Shown one piece after another: positions 12,614 through 26,913 of a stretch of 64,000 bases of DNA. Origin of the DNA: Eledone cirrhosa (taxonomy: Eukaryota); contig OZ024747.1 of NCBI GenBank assembly GCA_964016885.1, positions 19,592,001-19,656,000 on the forward strand. The letters are read 5' to 3'. Positions within the stretch are counted from its first letter, which is position 1. Every line of letters starts with the position of its first letter. The translations under genes and the position numbers were made by a program. A model generated the notes under the pieces. That model was given only the letters and a program-made list of their open reading frames with translations. It was not told the DNA's origin and ran no database searches.

Positions 12614-13545
12614 GGGCAGTGGATTGGCAGTATCGCTAGAGGGTCGGACGCCATGCTTTGCAGCAAAGAGTTACGGCCCTTTACGATCTGAGTTAAAATC
12701 CCGCTGAGGTTAATTTTGCCTTTCATCCTTACGGGGTCGATAAAATAAAGTACCAGTAATACACTGGGATAATTGCTGGCCTTGTGCCAAAAGTAGAAAC
12801 AATTATCATAAACAAGGGCAGTGGATTGGCAGTATCGGTAGAGGGTCGGGCGCCATGCTTTGTAGCATAGAGTTACGCCCCTTTACGGTCTGAGTTCAAA
12901 TCCCGCCAAGGTTAACTTTGTCTTTCATCCTTACGGGGTCGATAAAATAAAGTACCAGTAATACACTGGGTTAATTGCTGGCCTTGTGCCAATAGTAGAA
13001 ACTATTATAGATCAGTTACTAGGGCGATGGATTGCCAGTATCGGTAGAGTCGGACACCATGCTTTGAGTTACGGCCCTTTATGATCTGAGTTCTAATCCT
13101 GCAGAGGTTAACTTTGCTTTTCATCCTTACGGGGTCGATAAAATAAAGTACCAGTAATACACTGGGATAATTGCTGGCCTTGTGCCAATAGTAGAAACTA
13201 TTATAGATCAGTTACTAGAGCGATGGATTGCCAGTATCGGTAGAGTCGGACACCATGCTTTGAGTTACGGCCCTTTATGATCTGAGTTCTAATCCTGCAG
13301 AGGTTAACTTTGCTTTTCATCCTTACGGGGTCGATAAAATAAAGTACCAGTAATACACTGGGATAATTGCTGGCCTTGTGCCAATAGTAGAAACTATTAT
13401 AGATCAGTTACTAGGGCGATGGATTGCCAGTATCGGTAGAGTCGGACACCATGCTTTGAGTTACGGCCCTTTATGATCTGAGTTCTAATCCTGCAGAGGT
13501 TAACTTTGCTTTTCATCCTTACGGGGTCGATAAAATAAAGTACCA
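12614..13545 (+). mobile_element. Head-to-tail array of five SINE copies
   Basis: Units start near 12614, 12814, 13021, 13217, 13413; the last three are nearly identical with 196-bp period. Confidence 0.93.
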
Positions 13546-13639
13546 TTCAAGTGATGCGGTGTGCTTTGGTTTTGCATCTTTGTTCTTATCCCAAATTTAG
13601 TGACCTTGTACCTAAATTAGAAATCACTGTGTCCCCATT

Positions 13640-13818
13640 AGTGCTTTAGAAACCAGAAGCAGTCACTAATAACAGGTCCCAAGCTCTCCTACCCCGATGT
13701 CACCTCCAGAGATTCTGATATTGAAATCCATGACATGCCAGCGGCAATGAACGACAGACCCATCTGGAGATCAATTCTTGAGTCCATTTCAGCTGAGGCC
13801 GCCGGATGATGATGATGA
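13640..13818 (+). pseudogene. RTE-like LINE 3' end with (GAT)n tail
   Basis: Translates PKLSYPDVTSRDSDIEIHDMPAAMNDR..WRSILESISAEAAG then GATGATGATGA. Confidence 0.6.
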
Positions 13819-13828
13819 GAGATCATTA

Positions 13829-14223
13829 GGGCGGTGGATTGACAGTATCAGTAGAGGGTCAGACGCCATGCTTTCCAGCATAGTTACGTCCCTTTACGAT
13901 CTGAGTTCAAATCCCGCTGAGGTTGACTTTGCCTTTCATCCTTACGGGGTCGATAAAATAAAGTACCAGTAATGCACTGGGTATTTGCTGGCCTTGTGCC
14001 TAAAGTAGAAACAATTATATATCAGTTACTCAAGGCGGTGGATTGGCAGTATCGGTAGAGGGTCGGATGCCATGCTTTGAAGCATGGAGATACCTCCCTG
14101 TATGATCTGAGTTCAAATCCCGCCGAGGTTAACTTTGCCTTTCATCCTTCCGGGGTCGATAGAATAAAGTACCAGTAATGCACTGCGTAATTGCTGGCCT
14201 TGTGCCAAAAGTAGAAATAATTA
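13829..14223 (+). mobile_element. Two tandem SINE copies
   Basis: Same consensus; each followed by ATTATATATCAGTTACTC. Confidence 0.92.
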
Positions 14224-14581
14224 TATATCAGTTACTCATTTACTGTTTGTTACGTTATTAATATTTCCCATCAAATCTGACTTTTTACGGTCAGTGTTTG
14301 CCATTCATCCTTCTGAGATCGATCAAATATAGTAACATTCAAGTACTGGGAGTCAATATCATCGACATTCTCATCCATCTCTCCGCTCCACCCCAACTTA
14401 CGAAAACAAATGCCTGTCCTTGAGCTAAAATTAGAAACCATCATTATTGCTCGTTAGAAATTTCAACCACATTTCCCTGGATCAAGAACTTACAGTTTGT
14501 TTTAATTTATTTCAGGAAGGTCATATTGAATGCTCTAGTAACGTATATACTATGTATCAACTCAGGGTCGTCGCTCAAATA

Positions 14582-14832
14582 TTTAGTGTGGTCAACGGAA
14601 GAATCAAAACTTAAGTTTGTTAATTTTCTAAAGAGTGAATTGAAATTATTTTATTTGGGAGAATAGAGCATATTTTAATTATTTTATTGGGGAGAATAGA
14701 GCATTACAATATGCTCTATTCTCCCCAATAAAATAATTAAAATATGCTCTATTCTCCGAAATAAAATAATTTCAACTCACACTTTAGAAAATTAACAAAC
14801 CTAAGTTTTGATTCTTCTGTTGACCACACTAA
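14582..14832. repeat. ~250-bp imperfect palindrome (fold-back or MITE-like) with an internal direct duplication
   Basis: TTTAGTGTGGTCAACGGAAGAATCAAAAC... mirrored by ...GTTTTGATTCTTCTGTTGACCACACTAAA; short central loop near 14705-14710. Confidence 0.88.
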
Positions 14833-16587
14833 AGAAATTACTAAGCCTATATTTTCTACTTGAAAGTTCACACTCACACAGCCAAGTCACCTCGCATGCC
14901 ACAAAACCACACAGACCTCTCTCTCGCTTTGGACATTTTCAAAACGCTTTACTCATAATCGCAGGGTATTACGTATGTGATTTAAAAAAGTAATAAATAT
15001 ACAGTTGTGATTCTGTAATGCGCCCTTCTGAGGCCTATGTCATACGCATCCAACAAAATATGCGTCTGATACAGTGAATGGTGATGTCAGATATATGTCA
15101 TTCGTCAATAAAATTCAATGAATCGAATTGTGTTTTAGTTGTGTTTTAGTGTTGGGAGGTCTGGTGTATATATTGTTGAATACTATAAAACAGGATACGG
15201 AACAAAACATGTTTATTACAGCATTCCAGTTAAAACAATGATTGCTTTTTATCATTTTCCTTAAGTTTAAGTCTATTCTGTCTCTTTTGTTTTCACTTGA
15301 TGTAATATATTTTCGTCTTTTTCATTTTCTGTTTGGCTGAGAGTTGATTCAACTGACCTTGGTTTCTATTGATAATAATATTGCTCCTGAAATTATTAAG
15401 CCATTTTGTCAGATTAGAACTTTTTAATATAATTGTTTTTACCATGGAGCCAATTTTATTATTCGTCTTGTAACATAGATATCTTTTTATACATAGTTGC
15501 TCATTCATTTGTAAAGCAGACGGGTGATTATTGCGATTCTACCATTATGTCTTGTTATAATTTCTTCTATATTCTTTATTCATATGTCAGGTTGAATTCA
15601 ATTTTAACTATGGTTGATTTATTGTGTTATGAGTTTTCTTTCTCTTTGCTGTTACCTGTGTATTCAGGTGTATACATTTTTATGGGTATTTCTTTAGTCG
15701 AATGTCAGTATAGGGACTTGTATATTTTTGAATTCACTACTATTTGTACGAGTCTGTATTTGATTTACTTTAATACCTTATTTGTGTATTGTTAGCTTAT
15801 TTCACTGGTTTCGGATTTCATTTAATTTGTATCACTGACTCTACTGTGTTGCTTTCCTTTTGTATGTGGTGTTTGTGCTATTCTATGTGTTCTACATATG
15901 ATATCATACGATGGTTTGTTGTTATTGATTTATAATTGGCTATCTTCTTTATGTGGAGTCAGTTGGTTTGCTATTTTATCATTGTAAAGGATTTGTGTGC
16001 GATTCTATCGTAATTTGGGGGATTTTCATATTGTTTAATATAAATATCATTATGTTTACTATTGCATTCGTATTGATATTTTCTTCAATTCTTTTCGATT
16101 TTCAACAACTGATATACATCAACCTCTTTAGAGTGATCCTATGTATCGAACATATTGTTTGTATATTATATGAGTGTAGTGCTTATTACTCAAATGCTCT
16201 CTTGTAGACAATAGTGAGAATCCTATCATAAGTTAAAATATTGAGAGGAAGCTACTTGTGGACAATATGTGATTACATACGTTCGTGTGTAAAGTTGGCT
16301 GCTCTCACAACACTTCCCCTTGCCTTCGTTATTTTTTCTTTCTTACATCATTCTTTTTGCAAACATTATATAATTCAATTGAAATTTGTTTAATTATTTA
16401 CAAGATACTCGAACATAGCTTTATACAATTGCTTTCAGTACTGAATGAGGTTACCAGTAACCTGTAATTACTTCGCCTTTATTTCATTTATCATTACATA
16501 TACATTTATTTTACATTTTGTTGTATTTTTATTGTTTCTCCTTTTAGTACTTAAAAATTTGTTTAGCAATAGAATACAAACTAAATA

Positions 16588-16741
<154 letters not shown>

Positions 16742-16934
16742 CACACAAACAAAAACACACACATACACACACTGGTACAGCTATTGAATTAGAAATAAAC
16801 ATTACATATGTAAAAATATCAAATCATGATCAAAATACACAAGTTATATATACATACACACGCATATATATATATCTATATATATGTTCAAAATCCCGAC
16901 GGCAGAGCTCAAGCCGTTTCGACGGCTATTTCTG

Positions 16935-16991
<57 letters not shown>

Positions 16992-17087
16992 TATATATCT
17001 ATGTATCTATATCTATCTATCTATATATATATATATATATATATATAATTCCTTTACCTTTTCTACGGAAATACATAACACTCACCC

Positions 17088-17148
<61 letters not shown>

Positions 17149-17220
17149 TATATATACGAGGAGGGAGGGGGGTGTTATTTATTTCCATATATATATATGT
17201 ATTTCTGGCAGGAAGGCATA

Positions 17221-17261
17221 CGATGCTGGCGATAGCTAATAAGCTTGAAACTAGTACATCG
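17221..17261 (+). ncRNA. Minimal type I hammerhead motif with variant core CUGGCGA (family D)
   Basis: CGATG-CTGGCGA-TAGCTAATAAGCTT-GAAAC-TA-GTA-CATCG; stem I CGATG/CATCG, stem II AGCT/AGCT, palindromic ACTAGT stem III. Confidence 0.75.
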
Positions 17262-17538
17262 ATCCTGTGTCAGTGTTGAACAAAAGGGTGACGTGGTTGG
17301 CTAAACACTGTACGGCGTAATTCGGGCTGTTTGTTTGTTTACAAACAAACAAACCGAGCATTATAATAAATGTTCGGTAAACTGATACGTGCACATATAT
17401 ATGTGTGCATGTATGTATATATATACATACTACTGTACGTCTGTATACATATATGTATGTACGTATTCATACATACATACTTACATTTAAGTAAGTGCCG
17501 TACTAAGAGTGAGAAATGAAATTTCGTTTCATTCTATT

Positions 17539-17646
<108 letters not shown>

Positions 17647-17654
17647 AAATACAA

Positions 17655-17771
17655 AGGTCTGACGACATGGTGTGTTTGCTTACAGTGTACCTTCGGTTTA
17701 TGATAATATTTTTATATTATTCAAATAGCGAGGTATAGGTAACCCACACACTATAGAAACAATTGTTACCT
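17655..17771 (+). ncRNA. Type I hammerhead motif with extended stem II (family E)
   Basis: AGGT-CTGACGA-CATGGTGTGT...ACACACTATA-GAAAC-AATT-GTT-ACCT; palindromic AACAATTGTT stem III. Confidence 0.82.
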
Positions 17772-17814
17772 AATAAATTCTTTATACCCGCATTTCCATT
17801 TCATAAACTTCTTC

Positions 17815-17845
<31 letters not shown>

Positions 17846-18701
17846 TTTTAAAAAGTGTTAACCTGCATGGCTTGTATAATCTATACTCCAATTAGTCACT
17901 GGTGATGCAATAAAATTTAAGTACTCAATGACATGTACCATTCGAAATTTGTTTAGGTAGTCGAAGGCGGAGTATACGTACAGTAAATAATTGCACAGAT
18001 CATATGAAATTGTTGTATACTGGCCCTTCTATCGTTAAACGATAGTAGTTGCTTGACGTTTTCTCTAAATATGCTATCTGATGACCTCGGACTGATGGTT
18101 ACGTACTGAGTACATCGCTTAATCATTTACCCAAACTAAATATGTATAATAGCTGATAGTTGACAGATCCCGATTGATTATCTAGAGGAACCAATATTCT
18201 ATTTGGCAGATAGCAAAACCTCAACGATATCAAAATTACATTGTATAATATTAAGAAATTGAATTAAACTAAATAGTGTATGTTATTCACATGTTCGGGT
18301 AGTTGGATATAGTCACGTATTGACATTATTATTGAAAACTGGACGTATCATTTAGGATATAATAAAACTTAAAGGGTCCATATGACGTGGAACATAAGGG
18401 AAAATTACGGAGCTGGTTACGATGAAAATGACACTTGACCAGCCTCCCAAGATAATCACGAATGCTGTTTTTCTCATTTAAACATCATAAAAGTCACAAT
18501 ATTCATTCTTTTAATACCAAAGTGTAGCCTTTAAAACGCAGAAGAAAATAAAATTCCAATTGCATCTGGTTGTTACATGAAATAGATATTCTCTCATCAT
18601 GAAATATAATATTTTCAGTTCAAGAATCTTATTTCTGTATCGTTTTTTATTATTATTATTAATATTATTACTATTATTATTATCATTATTATTATTATTA
18701 T

Positions 18702-21700
18702 TGTCCTTTGAGTCTCAGTCATTGATGTTAGTTAACTGGAAAGTTTGTTGACATGAATATCAAGCCATTACCTGCAGCCTCAGATATTCAGGACGTATCG
18801 GAGAGTTCTTGCTGTTCCCAGCAAGCATGCCTTTTGAAGCGTTCCAAAAAGCGTGGCGGGGTCAATTTTCTTTAACCATCACTGGAAACTTTTTGAGATA
18901 GTACCTAGTGCGCCTATGACAATCGGGACCACTTTGACTTCATGGCAGTTCCAAATCCTTTTTACCTCCCACTTTAAGTCCTGGTATCGGTTAATTTTCT
19001 CCCTCTCCTTCTCTTGCACTCTCGTGTCGAATGGGCAGGCCACATCCACAATCAGGCACGATCTTTTTTCCTTGTCCAAAACCACTAGGTCAGGTCTATT
19101 GTGTTCCAGTTTCTTGTCCGTCTGTATCCTAAAATCCCACAGCACCTTCATCTGATCGTTTTCTATCACCGACTCTGGCTTATGCTCATACCACTTCTCA
19201 AAATGTGGTAAATAGTTTACTTTGCATAGGTGCCAATGGAACACCCTGCCCATCACATCATGTCTCTAGCCCTTATAGTAATATCGGCTAGGTGTTTACA
19301 CTCGGATACAATGTGAGCCACAGTCTCCTCTCTCCACAGATCCTCCTTGTAAATATGGTGTTTCAACCACTTCGTTTTGAGGGCCTGCTCTTGCGCAGCG
19401 ATTAACATTCCTTCTGTAGCCTTTTTAAGGTCTCCTCTTTTCAACCAGTTCCATGTCTGTGGATCTCTGAATTCAGTTTTCTCAAAGAAGGTACTATGAA
19501 GGGATTTTTCCTGAAGGCTGCTCTTTCTCTTTGTTGTTATTTCCTCCTTGGACATACCCTGGCCTACTGTCCTCTCCTTCAGTACGGTTCTGAACATTGG
19601 CTCCTTACTATCAGTCACGTATTTGTGTAGGTTATTTTTCTCCATCTGAACACATTCCTCTATGCTGATAAGACCTCTTCCACCTTCAGATCTCCTTAAG
19701 TAGAGTCTATCGACATCACTCCTCTTGTGGAACATGTTGTAGATAGTCAATAGCTTCCTGGTCTTCCTATCCATTTCTATTCGTTCAGCAACATTCCATC
19801 TCAGAATTCCCGCACTGTACCTAATAATAGACACAGCTCGGGAATTTACTTCACTTATGACATTCCTACTGTTCAGATGTGACATTAATACGCCCCTTAC
19901 TCTCCGAATGTATTCAGATCTTATCAATTCCTTCATTTTTTTTGTTCTTGATGTCATCAGCCTCCAGAACACCCAAATACTTGTATCCTTCTTCAGTGTC
20001 AATTTCCTTTATCATCTCACCTGTTGGTACCTGGATTCCGTTGCTTCTGCTCAATTCACCCCTCTTCATCACAAGGACTCCACACTTACTAATACCAAAT
20101 TGCATACATATATCATTGCTGAAATTAAGGACAGTGTCAACAAGCACATCCAACTCCTCACTCTTCCCGAAGAGCTTAAGATCGTCCATGAAGAGGAGGT
20201 GATTGATGGTAAGCTCTCCCTTTCCCAACTTGTATCCTGCTCTCACTTTTCGCAGTATAATGGTCTGCGGCATCAGGGCTAGGACAAACAACAGAGGGGA
20301 CAGACTATCTCCCTGGAAGATACCTCTCTTGATCTTCACGCCTCCCAAGCATTCTCCAGCTGATGTTAACTCTGTTTTCCAGGACTTCATACTTTTGCCC
20401 AACAACTGTCTGATGTTATCTGCCACCTTGAAGATCTCAAGGCTTTTGGTGATCCAAGAATGAGGCACCTTGTCAAATGCCTTTTTGTAGTCTATCCATC
20501 CCATGGCAAGACCAGTGTGTCTCCTCTTGCAATTCCTCATTACCATCTTATCAATAAGTAACTGGTCCTTTGTACCACGGGACTTCTTTCGGCATCCTTT
20601 CTGTTCGTCCGGTAACAAGTTGTTTGTGTGGAGGTGATGGTAGATTTCCTCAGACATAATGCTTGTCAATAGTTTCCACATTACGGACAGACATGTGATA
20701 GGTCTATAGTTGGTAACATCATTACCCTTGATTCGGTCTTTCATTACCATAACTGTGGTACCTTTTGTCAACCACTCTGGTACCCCACCTGACATCAAGC
20801 AGTCATTGAACATGGCTGTCAGTTTCGGGTGGAGGGATGTTATATTTTTAATCCAATACCCCTGCACACCATCTGGGCCTGGTGATTTCCAGTTGGTTAG
20901 TTTTTTGGCCTGCCCCTTAAGAGTTTCAACTGTGATACTCAAATCAGTTTGTTGGTGTGCCTATTCACTAATCCCCTTTTGTACTGTCTCAATTCACACT
21001 GCCTGGTCATTATGTTTAACATCCTGCTCCCATATTCCTCTACAGAATGTCTTAGTTTGTTCCGCCTCAGGGATCAAGTCGTTGCCTCTTTCTTTCCCTT
21101 CAAGCTGTCAAAACAGCATCTTCTGGTTGTTGTCAAACATGCGGTTCTGTCTATACTGACTGACTCTGCTCTCGTATCGCCTAATTTTTGCACTCTTTGC
21201 TACAATGCGTTGCTTCAGTTCCTCTATGAGAATATTTAGCTTTTTCCTCCTAGTTTTGTACTTTATTTCCAGTCTATATTTAGTGTCTATGTTTTTTAGT
21301 GTCCCATTCAGTAGGGACTCAAGCTTTCCAATGTCATTTCTCATTTCCCTGATTTGACCATTCAGTCGTTTCTTCCACCAAGGTTCTGATCTTTCTTGTT
21401 TGTTGTTTCCTCTCGCTTTTATGCCACGTAATTTCCTCACCGCATTTGCTGTTGCTTTGAGGATATTGTTGCACTGGTGAAGGCTCCTCGCCTCAAGGTA
21501 TGGGACGACTTTGTTTATCTTAGCTGTTGTTTCTTTTAACTTTTTCCCGTCTACAAATCTTAGGTTCATAGGTTTCCCACTATCATTGTTCAATTCATCT
21601 ACCACTAAGTTTAGGATATCAACCAAATCTTGTCCTAGCCCGTCAGCATTCATCTCCTCAATGGCCGCATCTTTGTTCGAGGTATTATTTATTTCAGCAT

Positions 21701-22380
21701 TCAGATCATTGTCTGCTTCGGATGGTTCCACCGTTCTCTCAACCTCTTCACCTTCATTTCCCACTGGGTCGTTTGCCTGGCATACTCCACTCTCCATTTC
21801 CAACCTAATCTCTCTGCTCAGTTCCTCTAGTTCCAGCTCGCTTATCCACCCATTAGTTCTTATTACCCGAGCCTGCCCGGCCAATTTTTGTTCATCTAAT
21901 TTAAATAGACCAATCTCGTTCCAGATGTTATGCATCCGTTTCCTATAGCCTTTCTCTTTGGGGTTACTCTTCAGGTAACATTGCATAACAGTTCTATTCA
22001 ATTCTTTCGTCCAGTTGGTTCTGGTCCCTTTCTTTCTTCTTCCTCCGACATCAACAGTATTTGGTTGACAGCCAGGTCCCTGCTGCTGAGCCAGGGAGCA
22101 CCTGCTGGGTGAGAGTCTGTCACATGACATTCCAGTCTCCACTTCACCGTTATTCGAATTGTTTAGGTTCGACATTTAAACATTCTTATCGAGGATTGGT
22201 GAATGTATGGTTACATAAACACCGGTAATTTCATCACCCCCGGTGATTTTAGTGTGGCACTATCATGCTGTAGACGAACATAAATAAACAAACAAACAGG
22301 TAAAAAAAAAAAAAAGAATAAGCATAAGTTTCATTGTAATGTAATGTTTGAATGTCTGACTTAGTTTTTTTTCTTCCCTT
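18702..22380 (-). mobile_element. R4/Dong-like retrotransposon (copy 2), full length but disrupted
   Basis: Colinear with copy 1 throughout; (ATT)n-rich tract at the 3' end (18648-18701). Confidence 0.92.
18780..22175 (-). pseudogene. Broken RT+RLE ORF of copy 2
   Basis: Split into ORFs 21108-22175, 19914-20942, 19253-20002, 18879-19256 by a nonsense change (~21109), frameshifts, and a deletion in the CxxC knuckle (~19345). Confidence 0.93.
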
Positions 22381-22998
22381 CTCTGTCTATCTGTTTGTTT
22401 TTCTTTTCATTTTTCTTTTCTTTACGTTTTTCGTTGTTGCTGTGCTGTTTTGATTTTGATTTTTGGCTTTTTAATTTTTTGACCGGGTCATCAAATCAGT
22501 CTATTTATATCTTTTGATGCCTTCCTCTTTTAGTGGGGACACTACGATGCATGTCTTAGCAGGAGGTAGTGGGAGAGAATAGCGGCGGTAGCGATAATGA
22601 GGCAGTGGTGGTGGTGATGTGATCGTAGTACTGCAGTGATGGTGTTGAAGTTGAAGTAGAAATAGAAGTTGAGGTAACTTGACTAGAGTTTTTGGCGTGG
22701 TAGTGGTGATGGTGGCGGTGGTGGTGTTGGTGGTGAAATTATTTGCCTGTCTGTCCACTTAGCCATTTAGCTATTTAGCCATTTTGCCATTTTCCCCATT
22801 TTCGACTATAACATTTCTGATCCAAAATTAAATATTAAATATTGGGGCCCTATGCCGTAAAGTAATGCGTTATGGCTTGCTGAGCGTGAAAACTGTAATC
22901 TTATTCTTCATTTGTAATAAGAATTATTCTGTCACAGTTGTTTTAAAGAAGTAAAAATCAAAAACTTACGGGAGCGATTCCATAAAGATATATATCCA

Positions 22999-23113
22999 CC
23001 TTCTTCTTCTTCTTCTTCTTCTTCTTCTTCTTCTTCTTCTTCTTCTTCTTCTTCTTCTTCTTCTTCTTCTTCTTCTTCTTCTTCTTCTTCTTCTTCTTCT
23101 TCTTCTTCTTCTT

Positions 23114-23182
<69 letters not shown>

Positions 23183-23211
23183 TGCATTTATCTTGCTTTA
23201 TGTTCATACGA

Positions 23212-23292
<81 letters not shown>

Positions 23293-23340
23293 GCTGTTGT
23301 TGTTGTTGTTGTTGTTGTTGCTGTTGTTGTTGTTGTTGTT
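22999..23340. repeat. (CTT)n, (ATT)n and (GTT)n microsatellite cluster
   Basis: Directly visible. Confidence 0.97.
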
Positions 23341-26300
23341 ACTTAGTTTCTGCTTTCATTTTGAAGAATTCTTATATGCCACTAGAGAGAATATTAATAG
23401 AGTCAGTAAATTTTTTTAAATATGTCTAACTTTTGTCAATGGTGACCTATTACTGCATTATTGCCTTTATGTAACCTTAGAAAGAACTATTAAATGTAAC
23501 ATTTGAAAACTGTAGTATGTTTCAGATAGAAAGGCAAATAATATGAATGAGAAAGACAGTGATAATTAGAGACAAACAGAGAGCAATATAAGGCTAAAGA
23601 AAATAAGAGATTATATAAGTAATTGAAGTTAACAAAATAATCACAAAAAGTGATATAGAATTCCAAAATAAAATACAAATGTATGCATATTTTAAATGGT
23701 TTGCATGAAATGTCATGGAAGAATTCTGAGGCTGAACCATAGAGAGCAAACTCTTGAATAATTGATCTTTTCGATTTAGTGTGCATGAAATATAGTTACA
23801 TTGGTATCCTGCTGTTCTCGTGATAAAACTAAAGGAAAAATAAGATTTATTTTAAAATAAATATTTATGCTGTTACAAGATATAATTTTTAGAGTAAAAC
23901 TTGAAAAGGTGCATCAAAAGTTAAGTTTGCTTTTTTATATTATATGGTATTACGTGCTATTTATATTATGTTGTATTATGTGCTATTTTATATTATGTGG
24001 TTGCTTCCATATGTCATGCAATGAAAGAGTAGCCTTTAAAATCAGGTTGCTAAAAAGCACCATAATATTCGTCATTTCAAATCACCATTGTCCTAAACGT
24101 CATCAGAGTTGTCATTTTTAACGACATCGTAATTCATCTTTATATTTACCTCTACCAAAAAAGGCTACATGGCATAAATGCTGTATTCATCCTCAAAAGA
24201 TATTTCAGAACATATATTAAACATATCTACGTACTGGTTTCACGTGCATATAATGTAGTTAGCCTTTCTTTGTTGCTGATTCTATTAAATAAATATATCA
24301 TAAGTATTGTCATAGATTTAATTGATTTTATGATATCCAATTGTTTGTAACATTGTGGTATATGAGGTAAATATATTTAATTTATTAAATTATAAAATCT
24401 TATTTGAAATAAAAAAAAAAATGTTCCTGTTACAGATTTGATTTCATCTGGAAACCTTTCTTTTGATTTCAACAAATAAGTTCAACTTCTTTTAAAACGC
24501 AACGTTATTGTTTAGCAAATCTTACAAAACTATCAAGATAATGTACTTGATAAACCTGTATATTTTTAATACAATATTGCTAACATTCACAGGAGTCGAA
24601 AAAGATAAAAGCTGGAAAACGGCATTAATATGTCGTAAAGGGAAAACTTATACATAATTTTAAACGCAGATTTCTCTGCATCTCTCAATATATTAACACA
24701 CCATATGGTTTACCTATAAGATGCAGCTTATTTCATAGGTATAAATTATAACGATTAGCAAGAATTGTATGTATAAAAAGCAAGCTAGACAATAACCCAT
24801 AATTTTTAAGTCTACCACACACACACATATATATATATATGAAGCTCATTGAAAATGCAAGAAACTCAGCCGCAGAAGTAACTTCGTATATATTGGATTC
24901 TGCAATCTATTATTCATAGCAAACGACGATATTTGCAGTTATTTCTGCATAAGTGTTTCTTACATCTTCCATGAAATTCAGTATTTCTTCAACGTTTTGC
25001 ATATTTTTCAATGTTCAATGCTTTATATTGAGCGAAAGTGAAGTTCTTAATCGGACGTAAATAAAATACGTATTAATTTTTTTTATTCATAGCAGTTATA
25101 TATTTAAGTGTATATTTTTGCTTGAATAATACATTTTATATACCAACATATACACATGTTAAGAGTGGTATCCTTATTATCGACACAAATGTATTTTTCT
25201 GTATCTTTCAAGAACAAAAAATATTTGTGTTTTTGTTGGGTTTTTTTCCAGTCCTGTTTTTTAATCTGTCACATTTTGTGCGATCATAGAAGACATTTTT
25301 ACAGTAATGATATAGAAATTCGTTTTCCGCCTAATATATAATTAAGTTGTCTTTTTGTGAATTTAATTAGAAACTCAATAAATCTTAATTAAACTAAGGG
25401 TCGATTTCAATTAAACAAATAAATAATTTAACAAAAACAAACACAACATACGAAATGCACGCCCAAAGCGAAAAAAAAGTACCAACAGAAATAAATATAT
25501 ATAATTAAAATTATTAATCTCGTGAAATTAATTTGCAACGAAATTCCTACTTTTTGTATTTCAATTACACTTTTCTAAGTACAATTTACAGTACATTGCC
25601 AAAATGTGCACGTTTTTGCCTTTATGATTTACATTTAATTGGTGCTAGATTCTGGGTTGTGTTTGTTATGTTTATCTGTTTCTTTTGTGATATTTTTTAA
25701 GGGAGTGTTGGTTTTGATGTCATTACATTAACTGTCTCCTGTTGGTACAGTATATGGAATGTATGTCAGCGTAATACTAAATGGTTTGAATGATTTCAAA
25801 CAGATGAATCGATCTTGATATGATTTGAGAACTGCAGAGGTTTATGGTATAAAAAAGAAACTGCGGTGATTCAAAGCTTTGACTTAAAGTGACAAATCTC
25901 TTTGGAGGTAAGCCAGAAAAACAGTAATAGTGAAAAAAGAAAACAAAAGCATATTTTAAGGTTAAGAACTAATGAAAACGTCGGTTCAAGAGTTCTCACA
26001 AAGACAGTGGACCATGGTTCTTATATAAAATGTACTATAACTTAGCCTATTTACCATGTACACTCTTATACAGTTTCAGATTTTTGCCTCACAAATCTCC
26101 GAAATACACTGGAATCTATCTAAATTTTCCTTGTTTCGAAGTCGATAAGACAAACATTTAGACTTACAGAAATATAGATGGGAGTAAGAAAAGGGGAGAA
26201 AAACAGGACGAAACGGGAAGAAATATGGGACGAAAGTATATGTGCGTTTAGTCAGTCATTTTCGGTAAGTGTTGGTCATAATATTAGATATAAGGGAGTT

Positions 26301-26723
26301 TTAAACAGTGAGATAACCATTGTATATTTTGAGTTAATATGTGTGCGTGTTTGGGTATGTGTGTGCTTGTGTTTGCATGTGTGTGCGTGTTTGCGTGTGT
26401 GTATATGCATGAACATAGTGTCATTATTACTGGAACAGTTTCATTGTGCGTGTGCACACACGAAGATTATATGCATTTTCATCTAGCAGTGACCTATCCT
26501 CGTCAATGGATCCCACTCTAACACAATAACACATGCATGAGGCATAATCACGCTCAAGCGATCACCTTTAAATGTTGGGTGTTGTTGGAAAGTGATACAT
26601 AATACGTGCATACATATACATGCATCTAAAGGTGTGTGGAGCGCAAAGGAAGAGAGAGTGGTATTGGCGGTGTTTGGAATGGTTATGGCAGAACATATGT
26701 GCGTGTATGTTGCATTATTGTGT

Positions 26724-26913
26724 AGAGTGGTGAATTGGCAGTATCGGTAGAGGGTTGGACGCCATGCTTTTTCAGCATAGTTACGTCCTTTTACGGTCTG
26801 AGTTCAAATCCCGTCGAGGTTAACTTTGCCTTTCATCCTTACGGGGTCGATAAAATAAAGTACCAGTAATGTACTGGGTAATTACTGGCCTTGTGCCAAA
26901 AGGAGAAACAATT
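26724..26913 (+). mobile_element. SINE copy
   Basis: Consensus match; flanked by ATTATTGTGT direct repeat. Confidence 0.9.

Noticed and set aside
12614-13545. CRISPR-like repeat/spacer appearance of SINE arrays and minisatellites
   Set aside because: Units are ~190-bp Pol III SINEs or contiguous tandem repeats with identical spacers; no cas genes; eukaryotic context
17845-18000. Possible decayed Penelope GIY-YIG segment (LVTGDAIKFKYSMTCTIRNLF)
   Set aside because: Too short and interrupted to support without a profile search
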